NCBI RefSeq assembly: GCF_009914755.1
Contig: NC_060933.1
Length of the DNA stretch: 64,000 nt
Strand: one strand, 5' to 3'
Source: the human T2T-CHM13v2.0 reference genome, Homo sapiens
The notes beneath the pieces are model-generated. The model saw only the letters and a program-made list of their open reading frames with translations, had not been told where the DNA came from and made no database searches. Below are positions 39,536 through 51,377 of the stretch, piece by piece; position 1 is the stretch's first letter; the number at the start of each line of letters is the position of its first letter. The position numbers and the translations under genes are program-made.

Positions 39536-42109
39536 TCTGTTATGTAAACACAAGATAGGTTAACCGCTGTGTTACTACCTCAGTAGTTTTAATGATAAAA
39601 CTATTTGTTTTCTGGTGATAAACAACACACATTAGTGTGTTTGTTCTGTTGATAAATATGGTGAATTAAAAATAATTGCATTTAGGATGTGCTTTGAAAT
39701 GAAACGAGTTAGATCATATATATTTGTGAGCCTTCTGCTTTCGTTCTTACCTATATTGATCTCTACATACACTTTCTTCTTAGTTTGTAATTTTCCTGAA
39801 TATAGGGACCATGTCAGTAATTTACTTTAAAAGATTTAGAGTTTCTCTAAATATTTCTTATATTTTGGAACAAAAATAGTTCTACCTAACTTTAAGTTCC
39901 ATTTCTGTAATAAATTAGGTAACTCTTGAAGCTGCTTTAAAACTTTAACATGTAGTATTTTCCTGTGTTCTAATGTAAAATATAATCCATAAATACAAAA
40001 AAAATTGGGGATTTTTTTTTTTCAGATTCCATGTAACTTTTAATCTGTTCTGGATATATCACTCAATACTGAAATGCATAAAGCGTGTTCCAAAATATGC
40101 ACAAACTTTTATACACAGAACACAAAACTGTACACTTAATATGGTTAAATGCTAAATTTTATGTTATATCTTTTACCACAATGAAAATTTTTGAAAAAAT
40201 GAAATACCAGCTAATGCATACTCTTTGGATAGTTAACAAAATTTGTGAAGATACAGGCCTCTCAAACATTATATTCGTAATCTTCAATGTGTCAGCAAAA
40301 ACGAATCCATTTATTAATGAAATGCAATGAGGCTTAGTAAATTTAAATATATTACTGTATGCATACAAAGATTTTGCATATAGTAGAATCTCGAATATAA
40401 GTGTCTACCACAAAAGCCTAGAGTTATAAGGGATTGCCCTACAAATAATCTTCCTCCAATTACAGATATCCTTTTAAATGACATTTGCAGCAAAAAAACA
40501 CCATCCCCGTTGTACACTCTCATTCACAAAGAATTTATTATTTTACAAAAAATCTCACTCTGTGGCTAAACAACGTGTAACAAAATTCAGTGTTGCCATG
40601 ACAGTAACTTGTACTTATTAGTTCAGCTTCTAGATTTTCCACCCTAATAGGTAAGTCTAATCTCTTCTTTGATATTTCTTCGAATCTGTGGAAAGAGCTA
40701 CTAAATCCTCCGTTTAGTTGTTACCTTGTTTTGTTTCATTTTAGGATGAAAGGAACTTATCCCACTTCTTTTAATTATCCTGGTAATCAAAAATTTTATT
40801 CACAGAAGTGATTATGGTAGATGTAGTCTAATTTATGCAAATTACAGTGGGTTTGCTATACCATTTTTTCTGTATATTATATGCCAATTAATACATCCTG
40901 AAGGTAATGCTACTTTGTACAGTTAGTTTTAGACTGCAACTGCATTTATTTAAAAGTGTGTGTAAGTATATTTGTATTTGATGTAAAGTGTGTTTGTGGA
41001 GTGTGTGTTCCAAAGACTGGGATTCGGCATACTTATTTACCAAAATTGTACTGCTTGTTTTTGGAAAATAAATGTTTTACTCATTACTTTGTCAGTCTGC
41101 CCTGTCCGCATTCATTATACCACTTGTGCTCATGTTCCATTATAGTTAAATTATCAAGCAAAACTCTCAGAGACAAAATACATGGTGATCAGGACATATA
41201 TAACAACATGAGAAGCTTTTTAGCATCAGTAGCACAAAAAATACACAAATAACCAAAATGCTCATAAAACTCTCAAGTTGAAAACACTGAAAATGATAAA
41301 GGAAGGGCTGATTTTTTGTTGCATAGAAGTATGAGGCAACGAGAAAGGGAGATGGGAGTACATATTGAAGAGAAGGCATTGATATAAGAGTAGTCTTAGT
41401 CCAGAAGTCATACTTGCTACTTGATTGTCATATTTGTATTTTATTTAAACACACATATATTATGTTAATTAATAGACTAAATTATGTTATACTTTGATAT
41501 CTATAAAATAAAATATTTGATACATCAAAATCAGATTTCATAATAGAAACATCTCAGTCACTAAAAGGACACATTATTCGAAAGAATGTAAAGAGATCTG
41601 TGACTTTGGCTGTCTTTTAACTTCTCTTGGCTGTTTCCTCACTTTAAATTGGGCAATACAAACTAATCTTCAACTTACCTTCAAATGAGAATAATCTATG
41701 ATTGAATAATCTATAAGTGATCTTAAAGAGGAGTTACAAATTCTACCAAACGCCAAGATGTATAAAGTTCTGAGGCTATTACCATTCTGCCAAATTTTCT
41801 GAAAATGCAGCCTCTTTAGTTCAGAGAACATTTGTATGGGGATCTCTCTTCAAATGGAACTCTTTAGACTAAGGTCTGTGATTCATATTTATATCTCCTT
41901 CCTTAAATCTTCTCATTCACAAATTCACGTGTAACTCTGATACCCCACAGAAATAATCAGTATCCATATCTCACTCTATTCCCACATCCCATCCCAAATG
42001 AAAAGCAAATTCTACAGTTACCTTATAACTACTGTTGCTGCCAGAGTTCTGAGAACAGTTCCAACTTCTGTCTAAACCACTGTACTGCATGACCAAGAGA
42101 TGGCAGAGG

Positions 42110-42825
42110 TCTCTTCTGCAAATTTCCAATCTAACCCAAGTAGGTTTGTTAGAGATATTCATTATCAAGTTTAAAATGTTGTCCTCTCTTCCTAGTTTAC
42201 TGAGCAGCTTTGTCACAAGTTGGTTTTGGATTTTGCCAAATGCTTTTTCTTCATATATTAGTAAGATATTAAAATTTTTCTATTTTAGCTTGTTAATGTG
42301 ATAGGTTAATTGTTCTTTTCTTCAATCAACAAATATTTATTAATATTTTTAAAAATTTTATGTTAACTGACATAATAGATACAGTTATTAGATGCAATAT
42401 GATGTTTTGGTATATATTTACAATGTAGAGTGATTAAGTAAGACTAAAAGAGATAAACTAAAACATATAAAAATATGGAGAGATGCATCTCTATTCTGGG
42501 AGTGGCTGGGTCTTTCCTCATTCCTTAGATACCTGGGAATACTCCCACTTCTTTGGGAGATGAAACCCAACATAACACTATAGTTGATTTTTCACATAAG
42601 GCCCATATCAGTGTTATGGAAAAAAATACTTGATGTTTTGTTTTCATTTCATTTCGTTTTCATTCATTGTTTTATTTATGTAAACTTTTTATTTTAGAAC
42701 AATATGATTTTTACAAAATTATTGCAAACTAGTACAAAATTTTACCATTCTTTCCTATTATTAACTTTTTACTTAGTACGCTATATTTGTCACAATTAAT
42801 GAACCAATACTGATACATTATTAGG
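42110..42825 (-). mobile_element. Cluster of short L1M fragments (ORF2 piece, L1MA-like tail, L1MC-like tail)
   Basis: ORF 41971..42216(-) 'LSKLGREDNILNLIMNISNKPT'; L1MC-type tail at 42682-42822. Confidence 0.6.
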
Positions 42826-43655
42826 GAGAACAGTTCTACTATTTTCTTTGTAAGTCAGCTATCAAAGTTATTCTGCCTACCCATCATATTTAAGATTTTT
42901 CATGCCATAGTTACACACCAGTTTACTGTGTCTCCCCACAAAATACAAGAGATTGTAAAAACTCTATGACTTGTCCTGTCAGAATCTTTTGCCCAAGTTT
43001 GACATGATGTTAGTGTGAGGGGTTAATAATCCCTCTATGGAGAGCTAAGAGCTCTCCAAAAATATTCTCTCGTAATACCCACACTCCCTTCCCACTTACT
43101 TGCTGATATTGTTGAGGGTGTTAAGTCTCCCATAATCTGTTTTACCCTTCCTCTGAAATTTCCCCATCTTACCCAAGAATATAACATCTATTATTTGTTT
43201 TCTGTAGCTGAGATTCTGCAACACCTTCGTTGTTATATCAGAACAATACAAATCAAAACCACAAAATGATATATTGCACGCTTATCACAATTGTTAAAAT
43301 AGAAAAGAGAAAATACGAAGTGTTATCTAAGCTGCAAATGAACAGATTGTCATACCCTGGTGGTGAGAGAGTATGTACTAGTAGGACCATTTTGGAAACT
43401 ATTTGACAGAATCTACAAAATTTGAATATATTCTTAACTTGTGATCCGGACATTGTATATCCAACAAAAATGTGTATGGGTGTTTACCAAAAGATAATCA
43501 CTAGAATGTTTGTAGCAGCATTGTCTAAAATAGATTCAAGCTGGAAACTACCCAAAGCCCATCAATTGTAGAATGGACAGATAATAAATAATGATATGTT
43601 CAAATCAGGGAAATTATGCCAAAATAAGAATAAATAATTTTAAAAAATCCACAGT

Positions 43656-44690
43656 TAAGGTTCCCTTTTCTCTATATCCACTCTAATAAAAGGTAACACT
43701 GTCTTTTATTGACTCCCTGTCAAATACCTCAATAGTAAAAATTATGAGCCTCAATTTCTAGTTCCCATTACATCTGACTTCTATGATTATATAGAAATGT
43801 ACTATCATTCATCTTTTTGTTAATAGCCATTCTAACAGGTGTGGCTGATATCTAATTGTGGCTTTAATTTACATTTCCCTGATGATTAGAGATATTGAAC
43901 ATTTTCTTTTATATCTGTACACTGTTGGTGGAAATGTAAATTAATATAGTGAATTTGGAAAATAGTATGGAAATTTATTAAAAACTAAAACTAAAATTAG
44001 CATATGATCCAGCAAACATACTTCTGGGGTAAATATCCAAAAGAACTGAAATTGGTATGTCAAAAGGATAGCTGCATTCACTTCACATGTTCATTTTAGC
44101 ATTATCAACAATAGCCAAGAGATGGAAGCAATTTAAGTGTCCATCAACAGATGGATGACAATAATGTGGTATGTATACTGAATGGAATACTATACAGCCT
44201 CTAAAAAGAAGGAAATTTTGTCTTCTGTGACAACACAATTGAAATTGGAGGACATTATGCTAAGTAAAATAAACCAGGCGCAGAAAGACAAGTATGGTAT
44301 GATCTCACTTATATTAGTATCTAAAACAGTTATTCTCATCCAAACAGAAACTAGAAAAGTATTTATCCGAGGCTAGGATAGGAAAGGGGGAAAAAAAGAT
44401 AAAAAAAAAAAAAAGGAGATGTTAATCAAAGTGTACAAAGTTTCAGTTAGACTAGAGGAATCAGCTTCGGTGATCTTTTGCACCATATGGTGGCCATAGT
44501 TAATAATAGTGAGTTACATATCTCAAAATTTCTAAAATAATACATTTTCAATGTCCTCACAACAAAAAATGCTAAGTTGGTGAGGTAATAGATTTATTAA
44601 TTACCTTGACTGTATCTTTCTACAATCTATTCATCACATTGTACCCCATATATAAAATTATTTGTCAATTAAAAATAAATTTTAAAAAAC
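43656..44690 (+). mobile_element. L1MA-type 3' end with 5' inversion (43656-43918 inverted)
   Basis: An antisense ORF2 segment joins sense 'gtacactgttggtgg'. ORF 44182..44376 'MEYYTASKKKEILS..LEDIMLSKINQAQKDKY'; L1MA 3'UTR to the A-rich tail. Confidence 0.85.
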
Positions 44691-44691
44691 A

Positions 44692-44986
44692 GGCCAGGCG
44701 CGGTGGCTCACACCTGTAATCCCAGCACTTGTGAGGCCAATGTGGGCAGATCACGAGGTCAGGAGTTCTAGACCAGCCTGACCAACATGGTGAAACCCTG
44801 TCTCTAATAAAAATACAAAAATTAGCTGGGTGTGGTGGCGCCCACCTGTAATCCCAGCTACTTAGGAGGCTGAGGCAGGAGAATTGCTTGAACCCAGGAG
44901 GCAGAGGTTGCAGTGAGCCAAGACTGGCTACTGCACTCCAGCCTGGGCGACAGAGTAAGACTCTGTCTCAAAAAAAAAAAAAAAAA
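44692..44986 (+). mobile_element. AluS (AluSg-like)
   Basis: 'gatcacgaggtcaggagtt' diagnostic; A-tail. Confidence 0.95.
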
Positions 44987-45010
44987 TCAGTGAACTTCAA
45001 AAACAAAATA

Positions 45011-45432
45011 TCTGTTGGAGAATTGCTTAATGGCTGAGCATGTCATGTGGTTGATCTTAGAGTATGTACTGGTGTGCAGGTGAGAAAAATGTATTTTGTG
45101 TTGTGTTGGGTGGAGTATTTTGTAGGTATCTGTTAGGTCTAGAGACCATTATCCTAAACAACACAGTAGCAGAAAACCAAATACTGCATGTTCTCACATG
45201 TAAGTGGGAGGTAAACATTGAGAACACATTAGACACAAACCTGGGAACAATACTGAGGCCTGCTTGGGGGAGTAGAGCGAGAATCGAAAAACTACCTACC
45301 AGGTACTATGTTCACTACCTGGGTGATGAAATCATTTGCACACCAAACCTCAGTGACTTGGAATTTACCCATGTAACAGACCTGCACAGGTAGCCCTGAA
45401 TCTAAAATAAAACTTGAAAAAACAATAAAAAT
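45011..45432 (+). mobile_element. L1PA15/16-like (or L1PB) 3' end with 5' inversion (45011-45139 inverted)
   Basis: Antisense EN-domain segment, then sense 3'UTR 'aaaaactacct..tactatgttcactacctgggtga..cacaccaaacc'. TSD aaaaacaaaat/aaaaacataat. Confidence 0.85.
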
Positions 45433-46132
45433 AAAAACATAATGTCGAGTTAGTAAAGTGTGACACAAAATAATACACGTTGTATTATCTCATTTACCTA
45501 AAGTGTGTGTTGGGGGAGAAAACAAATCAAAATTGTTGTAAATCAGGCTAGTGGGCCTCTTCTGGGGGAGATAAGGACTAGAAAGGAGTGTGATAGGGTT
45601 TCTGTGGCAGTTGTTCTTTTTCTGAATTTGAATGCTGGTTTCACAGATAGGTTTAGTTTGTGGAAATAAGTCCAGCTATTTATTTATGTTATGCCATTTT
45701 ACTGCATGTCCATTAGGATCTTAAATTAAATTCAATCCTTTGACCTAGAGCTGCAAGGTAAGTAAAACAAGATTTAAAAATTTAAAAACTAAGGAAAAAT
45801 TATACCATTAAATTAATATGGTATAATCACTCTTTCTTCAGGTTGCTCTTAGGTTAGGCTTTTTCCATGCAAGTGACAGAAACTCCCTTGTTATTAGATT
45901 CTTTCTGACGGTAGCAATTTTTATTCTAATGAAAGGTAGCACTACCTCTCATTGACGTCCTGTTGAGTCCTTCAAAAAGCAAAAGTTTTGAACCTTAATT
46001 CCCTGGTTCCATTATACCTAACTTCTATAATTACACAGGAATAGTCAAAAAGGTATGTGCTAACACATCTTATCACTTAGACTTTCCATTTTCTCACAAC
46101 ACCAACAATTAACAACTCCATCATTCTTGTGA

Positions 46133-46642
<510 letters not shown>

Positions 46643-46868
46643 TTATTCCCTTCATATCAATCTTAATTTTGTTCATATATCACTTCAGTTTCTGCCATTA
46701 TCTGCAATTGCTTTATCTTTTTATAATTGGACATTTTTGTCAATTCAATAATGCCGAGTTCTGTATCTCTACCTAGAGTCTCAAACTCTATTGGAGAAAA
46801 TGGTATAACTTATATGTTGTCGCTATTAAACCTGTGTATTCTACAAATGTGACTAGATCTTTGACACA

Positions 46869-47260
46869 TGCATCAGGTCATACTGCTTCAGTAATGTTGT
46901 GTAAGAAACCACCTCAAAATTTGGTGACTGTAAACAACAATTTATTCTCACAGATATTTGCTTCAGGTGGGGTGACTCCACTTTATGTTTGATATCTATG
47001 GGTCTAGGTTGGTTCCACAAGTTCTCTCATTCTTGGTCAAGTAGGCCAGCTGGAGAATTCCTCTCACAGCTATGGCAGAGGATCAAAGAATGATGTCTAA
47101 TAATGCAAATGATTTCTACATATCTGCTTGCAGCGCATCTAAAATCCTTTGACCAAAGCAACTCACATTGCTGAGCTCAAAGTCAAAAGTGGAGAGTTGT
47201 GTGGAAATTTAAATGGCAAAAAGCAGTACACAATGTAGGTTAACAAACCAATACTACTGT
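46869..47260 (-). mobile_element. MLT1 (H/I/J-like) MaLR LTR
   Basis: 'gtgtaagaaaccacctcaaaatttggtgactgtaaacaacaatttatt' and 'tttgaccaaagcaactcacat'. Confidence 0.7.
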
Positions 47261-47540
47261 ATGTTTCTGTTTGGCTCCAAATATAATTCCCTCATTGTAA
47301 CAGACCCTTTGTCTCATACTTCACAGGGAAAAAGTCTGTTCAGCATGAATTTCTACAATTTTCTATCTTCTCATTTCCATCTTTGGATTTACCTGCATTT
47401 CTTTTTATGCTTTGCTATATCTTGACATTCTCAAAGTGAAAGAAAAATTTGTTCATTTTTAATGTAGTCTCAAGCTACTTCTTAAAAATTTAGATTCCTG
47501 TTTCTCAATTGAGCACATTCTTTCTGTCTTTCTAATATCC

Positions 47541-47576
47541 GTGTGTGTGTGCGTGTGTGTGTGTGTGTGTGTGTGC
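47541..47576. repeat. (TG)n microsatellite
   Basis: Direct inspection. Confidence 0.95.
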
Positions 47577-49639
47577 AGGTACACATCCTCTAACTTCTCC
47601 TGCCTTGTTTATATAAGGTGCTGTAAAAAAGTCTATGTCCTGGAGGCATTTTGTTTAAAACATAATATTCAAAATCAATTATTTGGGGAAGGCAAATGTA
47701 AAACAATATATATTTCATCTTTTAAAGCCAATTGCTTTAAGATCCTTCAGGGAGATTACAGGAAAGAAAAAAGTTTGCCTGAATTCTAAGAACCCCGTAT
47801 AATTAAAGCTGTTACAACAGCAGTGGCAAATTAGCAAGGTCAATGCAAACTTCTCAGGACATACCTTCCTTGACTCCTCTGGAAGTGGTTCCTTTTGCAG
47901 CCATGTTCTTATCCTTTGGGATGAACCTTGTATTCTCTGTCACCTGGGAGAATGGTCTTCTCCAGTATCATATTTCTCTGCTTGCTCCTTGTATGTCCTT
48001 TTTAAGGTGATTTTGAATATCTGTGATGTAATCCATTTTGTCAAGGTTTATAATGTAACTACCCCGGAGAAACTATATTTTTTCTCAATTTGATTTCCTT
48101 GAGGACACCATATTGTCAACCCAAGGCATCCTGTTCTTCTCTTTTATCCACTTTTCTTAGTTCCCATCTTGCTTTTTTGAATTATTTCCTTCCTCATGAA
48201 TGCCTCTGATATTTTACCTGGATAGAATTTTTCCTATGGTGAGGTGAGTAATGCTACAAAATGTGATTTATTTGGCTCCCATGTTCTCCAGGGGATTGTC
48301 CTACTACTGTGTTTTGGATTATTTTGAATTCCACTGTGAGTTATAATAACAATTTATCTATGAAATAAGCCATCTCTCACCACAAAAGATTGACAGAATT
48401 GAAAAATGTTTGCCTACAAAAGAAGAAAAAACATACAGAACTGTTGAAAAATGCATGACGAATTCCTACTGACTTATTTAGAAATTCTAGCTACGGTGGG
48501 GACAGACAACTCAAATTTCAGTTACTTTTTTTTTTTTTAAAGTAAACCTTTCCCCCAAGTGGATTGATTTGGATCATGATTTCAGAATGCTTATAAATTC
48601 ATATGTATCCTCTTGAGAAACTTCAAACTCTTAAAATAGTTTTAAGAATGTCTGTTTGTTGACAATGCTAAGAACTTTGTATTTTTAATAATAAATTCAG
48701 TACTATAAAATCCAGGTGAAGGAAAAAAAAAGAAAAAGGACTGAGATGATTCAATAGATAGCTAAAAAAGCATGTCTTCAGGAGATAGATGTTTCTGGTT
48801 TGGCTAACTCTCCTCCCACTTTTCTTGTAAACAGTGGTCATTTATTTAAAAGACAACACAACAGGAAAGTAAAATAGTATAAAACAAAACTAAACTAAAA
48901 TGACAAATATAAAAATATTGAAAAGAAAGAACTTGGGGCTATCATCAGAGAAGGAAGGACTGGGTCTATGAGTTAGCCCTGTTCTTGGTCTGGCCTGAAC
49001 CTACTCATAAGAACCCAGAGTCCTCAGATTTTGATTCTTCCTCTTTCCAGTGGCTTTTCTCATGGTCAAGCAAGGCTTGATTTTTCTCTTTTTCTACAAA
49101 CCTGTGACTCTCATAATGCATGCATAACCAAAGTATTCAGTAAGCAGTTTAGCAGTGATATTCTCAACAAGTGGAGTGTTAACCTGTACTCTTTTTCTTT
49201 GCTTCTGTTTAAAATTCTTAGACAAAAAGAGCCCAGGAACATGAAGACATGATGTGAGTAGAAAAGGCTCACCTGTGAGTTTGAAAGCATGAGTGTCAGA
49301 ATAACCTGAAAGCAATGTTGAATCCAAATGAGCTCTGAACCCAACTGTGAGCCATGCTTCCTGCAGTTTTCACATTAATCTTAATCACTTTTAAAATCAT
49401 TTTCTTTTTATCGGTGTTTTATCAGTTCATTCCCTTTATCTTCCTAAAGGGGGTTTTCACTCATAGAAAAATAAAGAAACCTTAGACATGATTCTTTCTA
49501 CCTGAATTTTCCAGGGGACTTCCTGGATCATGGATGCCAGTAATCACCAAGGATGTTGTATTATCCACCAAAAGTTGTCTGCTCTCTTATCCAGTTTCTT
49601 TGCAAGGCCCTGAAGGGAAAATTGGATAGAACACACCTG

Positions 49640-49930
49640 TCCATACGTTTACTACTCTGAACTCAATTCTCCATTACATGGAGACAATCTATTTCTCTAC
49701 ATAGATAACCCGACAGGTTGGACATGTACAGAAGAATAAAGATTGGCATTTTAGTGAATTTATGCATCTCCCTCTTTGCCTCCCCTTACTCCATAGAGCC
49801 AGAGGATGTAAATAACTCCAGCAGGGGAACTATCTAACAATTGGATAGTGTGTTTCTCTTTAAAAAATCAGCATGCTGTTATCAGAGAAGTGGGAATAGA
49901 GGCTGGGAAAACAAATACATAAAATCTCAA
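49640..49930 (-). mobile_element. MLT1K/L-like LTR fragment
   Basis: 'aaaatcagcatgctgttatcagagaagtgggaatagaggctggg' resembles the MLT1K/L terminus. Left boundary uncertain. Confidence 0.5.
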
Positions 49931-50619
49931 AGGAAAGAGCTTCCAGACTCAGCTATAACAAATAGGATCCTCTGTACAGACTCTTTCTACTTCTGATCTG
50001 AGTTTTCTTCTTTGAGTGCCCCTCTCCTTTTCCATTATACCACTTTCTCAGGTATCAACCCAATTCCCTCTCTTAGGAAAAAAAAACTATATCTTCTATG
50101 GGAATAGGCTTCTTTTTGTTTGTTTGTGTCCTCCTATTTTCTGGAAAGGAAATATATTCTTTGGGTTTCATTTGGGTGAAGACTGACATTCCCTTCTTTC
50201 ACTATTCACAGTTCCTGAAAACAGAGGACTCTAATCTTCCTGGATCCTACAATTCTAGATCAATTGTGCTACCACTTAGTTACCTACAGGGAGACATATT
50301 TTCATATTATATCAAATATGTGGTAAGCATATCATATGGAAACTACTGACAATTATCATTGGAAACCATACAGTTTAATTGTACATTTGGGAAAGAATAT
50401 TTCCCCTACTAATTCCTATCCCCCAGCCCTCACTTACTGACTTTAAGAGCATATGGTTGTTTCTTTTCACACTTAAGAACTCGGCATCACTGAAACTGTC
50501 ACTAAGCTGCTCCTCAGCAGCTGCTCCTCTATTTTCATTCTGGTCCTACTGTTCTAGAACGAGAAGGAGTTAGCTAATCCATCTTACCAATTAACTATTT
50601 CTATCCTCTGCTTGTCTGT

Positions 50620-50982
50620 TGCTATGAACTGAATTATGTCACTCCCCACCCCAAAAATCATATGCTGGTGCCCTAATCCCCAGTGAGGTGGTATTTAGAG
50701 ATGGGGCCTTTGGGAGACCATTAGGTTTAGATGATGTCATAAGGGTAAGGTCCTCATGATGAGATTAGTGCACTTAAAAGAAGAGATAAAAGAGTCTTTA
50801 TTTGTTCTCTCCTCTTCTTTCCACCATCAGCAAATCAGAAACAGAGCATTCATCAAAAATCAGCCATGCTGGCACCCTCATCTCGAACTTCCAACCTACA
50901 GAAATATGAGAAAATAAATTTCTGTTGTTTAAACTACTCAGTCTACAGTATATTGTTATGACTGTCCAAGCCAACTAAGACA
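50620..50982 (+). mobile_element. MLT1A-like MaLR solo LTR
   Basis: tgctatgaactgaat...gccaactaagaca, with 'gatggggcctttgggag' and 'aataaatttctgttgttta'. Confidence 0.9.
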
Positions 50983-51063
50983 TCCATGAACTTAATGAAG
51001 TCAGGGATTGTGTATGGCTTCTTTATAAGCACTCACAAGTACTTTACATGTACTTTATAACTA

Positions 51064-51377
51064 CAGATGTTCTTCTACTTATGTTCCAATAAATCCATGG
51101 TAAGTTAAAAATATTATAAGTCAAAAATTCATTTAATGCATCTAACCTATCAAACATCATAGCTTATCCTAAGCTATGTTAAACTTGCTTGGAACACTTA
51201 CATTAGCCTGCAGTTGGGTAAAATCGCCCAACACAAAGCCTATTTTATACTAAAGTGTTGAATATCTGATGTAATTCATTGAGTACTGAAGTATGGCTTC
51301 TACTGAACACATAGATTTTATACCATCATAAAGTTGAAAAATAATAAGTTGAACCATCATAAGTAGGGTACTTTCTG
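51064..51377 (+). mobile_element. MER47A (TcMar-Tigger)
   Basis: TA|caga...tctg|TA; internal 'aacacttacattagcctgcagttggg' and 'acacaaagcctatttta'. Confidence 0.88.

Larger units (their letters stand above)
43235..45720 (+). mobile_element. L1ME-like 3' region, host of two L1s and an Alu
   Basis: 'aaatcaaaaccacaa', 'ccattttggaaac' and 'ggaaactacccaaa', resuming at 44990 and at 45433 ('aaacataatgtcgag'). Confidence 0.7.
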
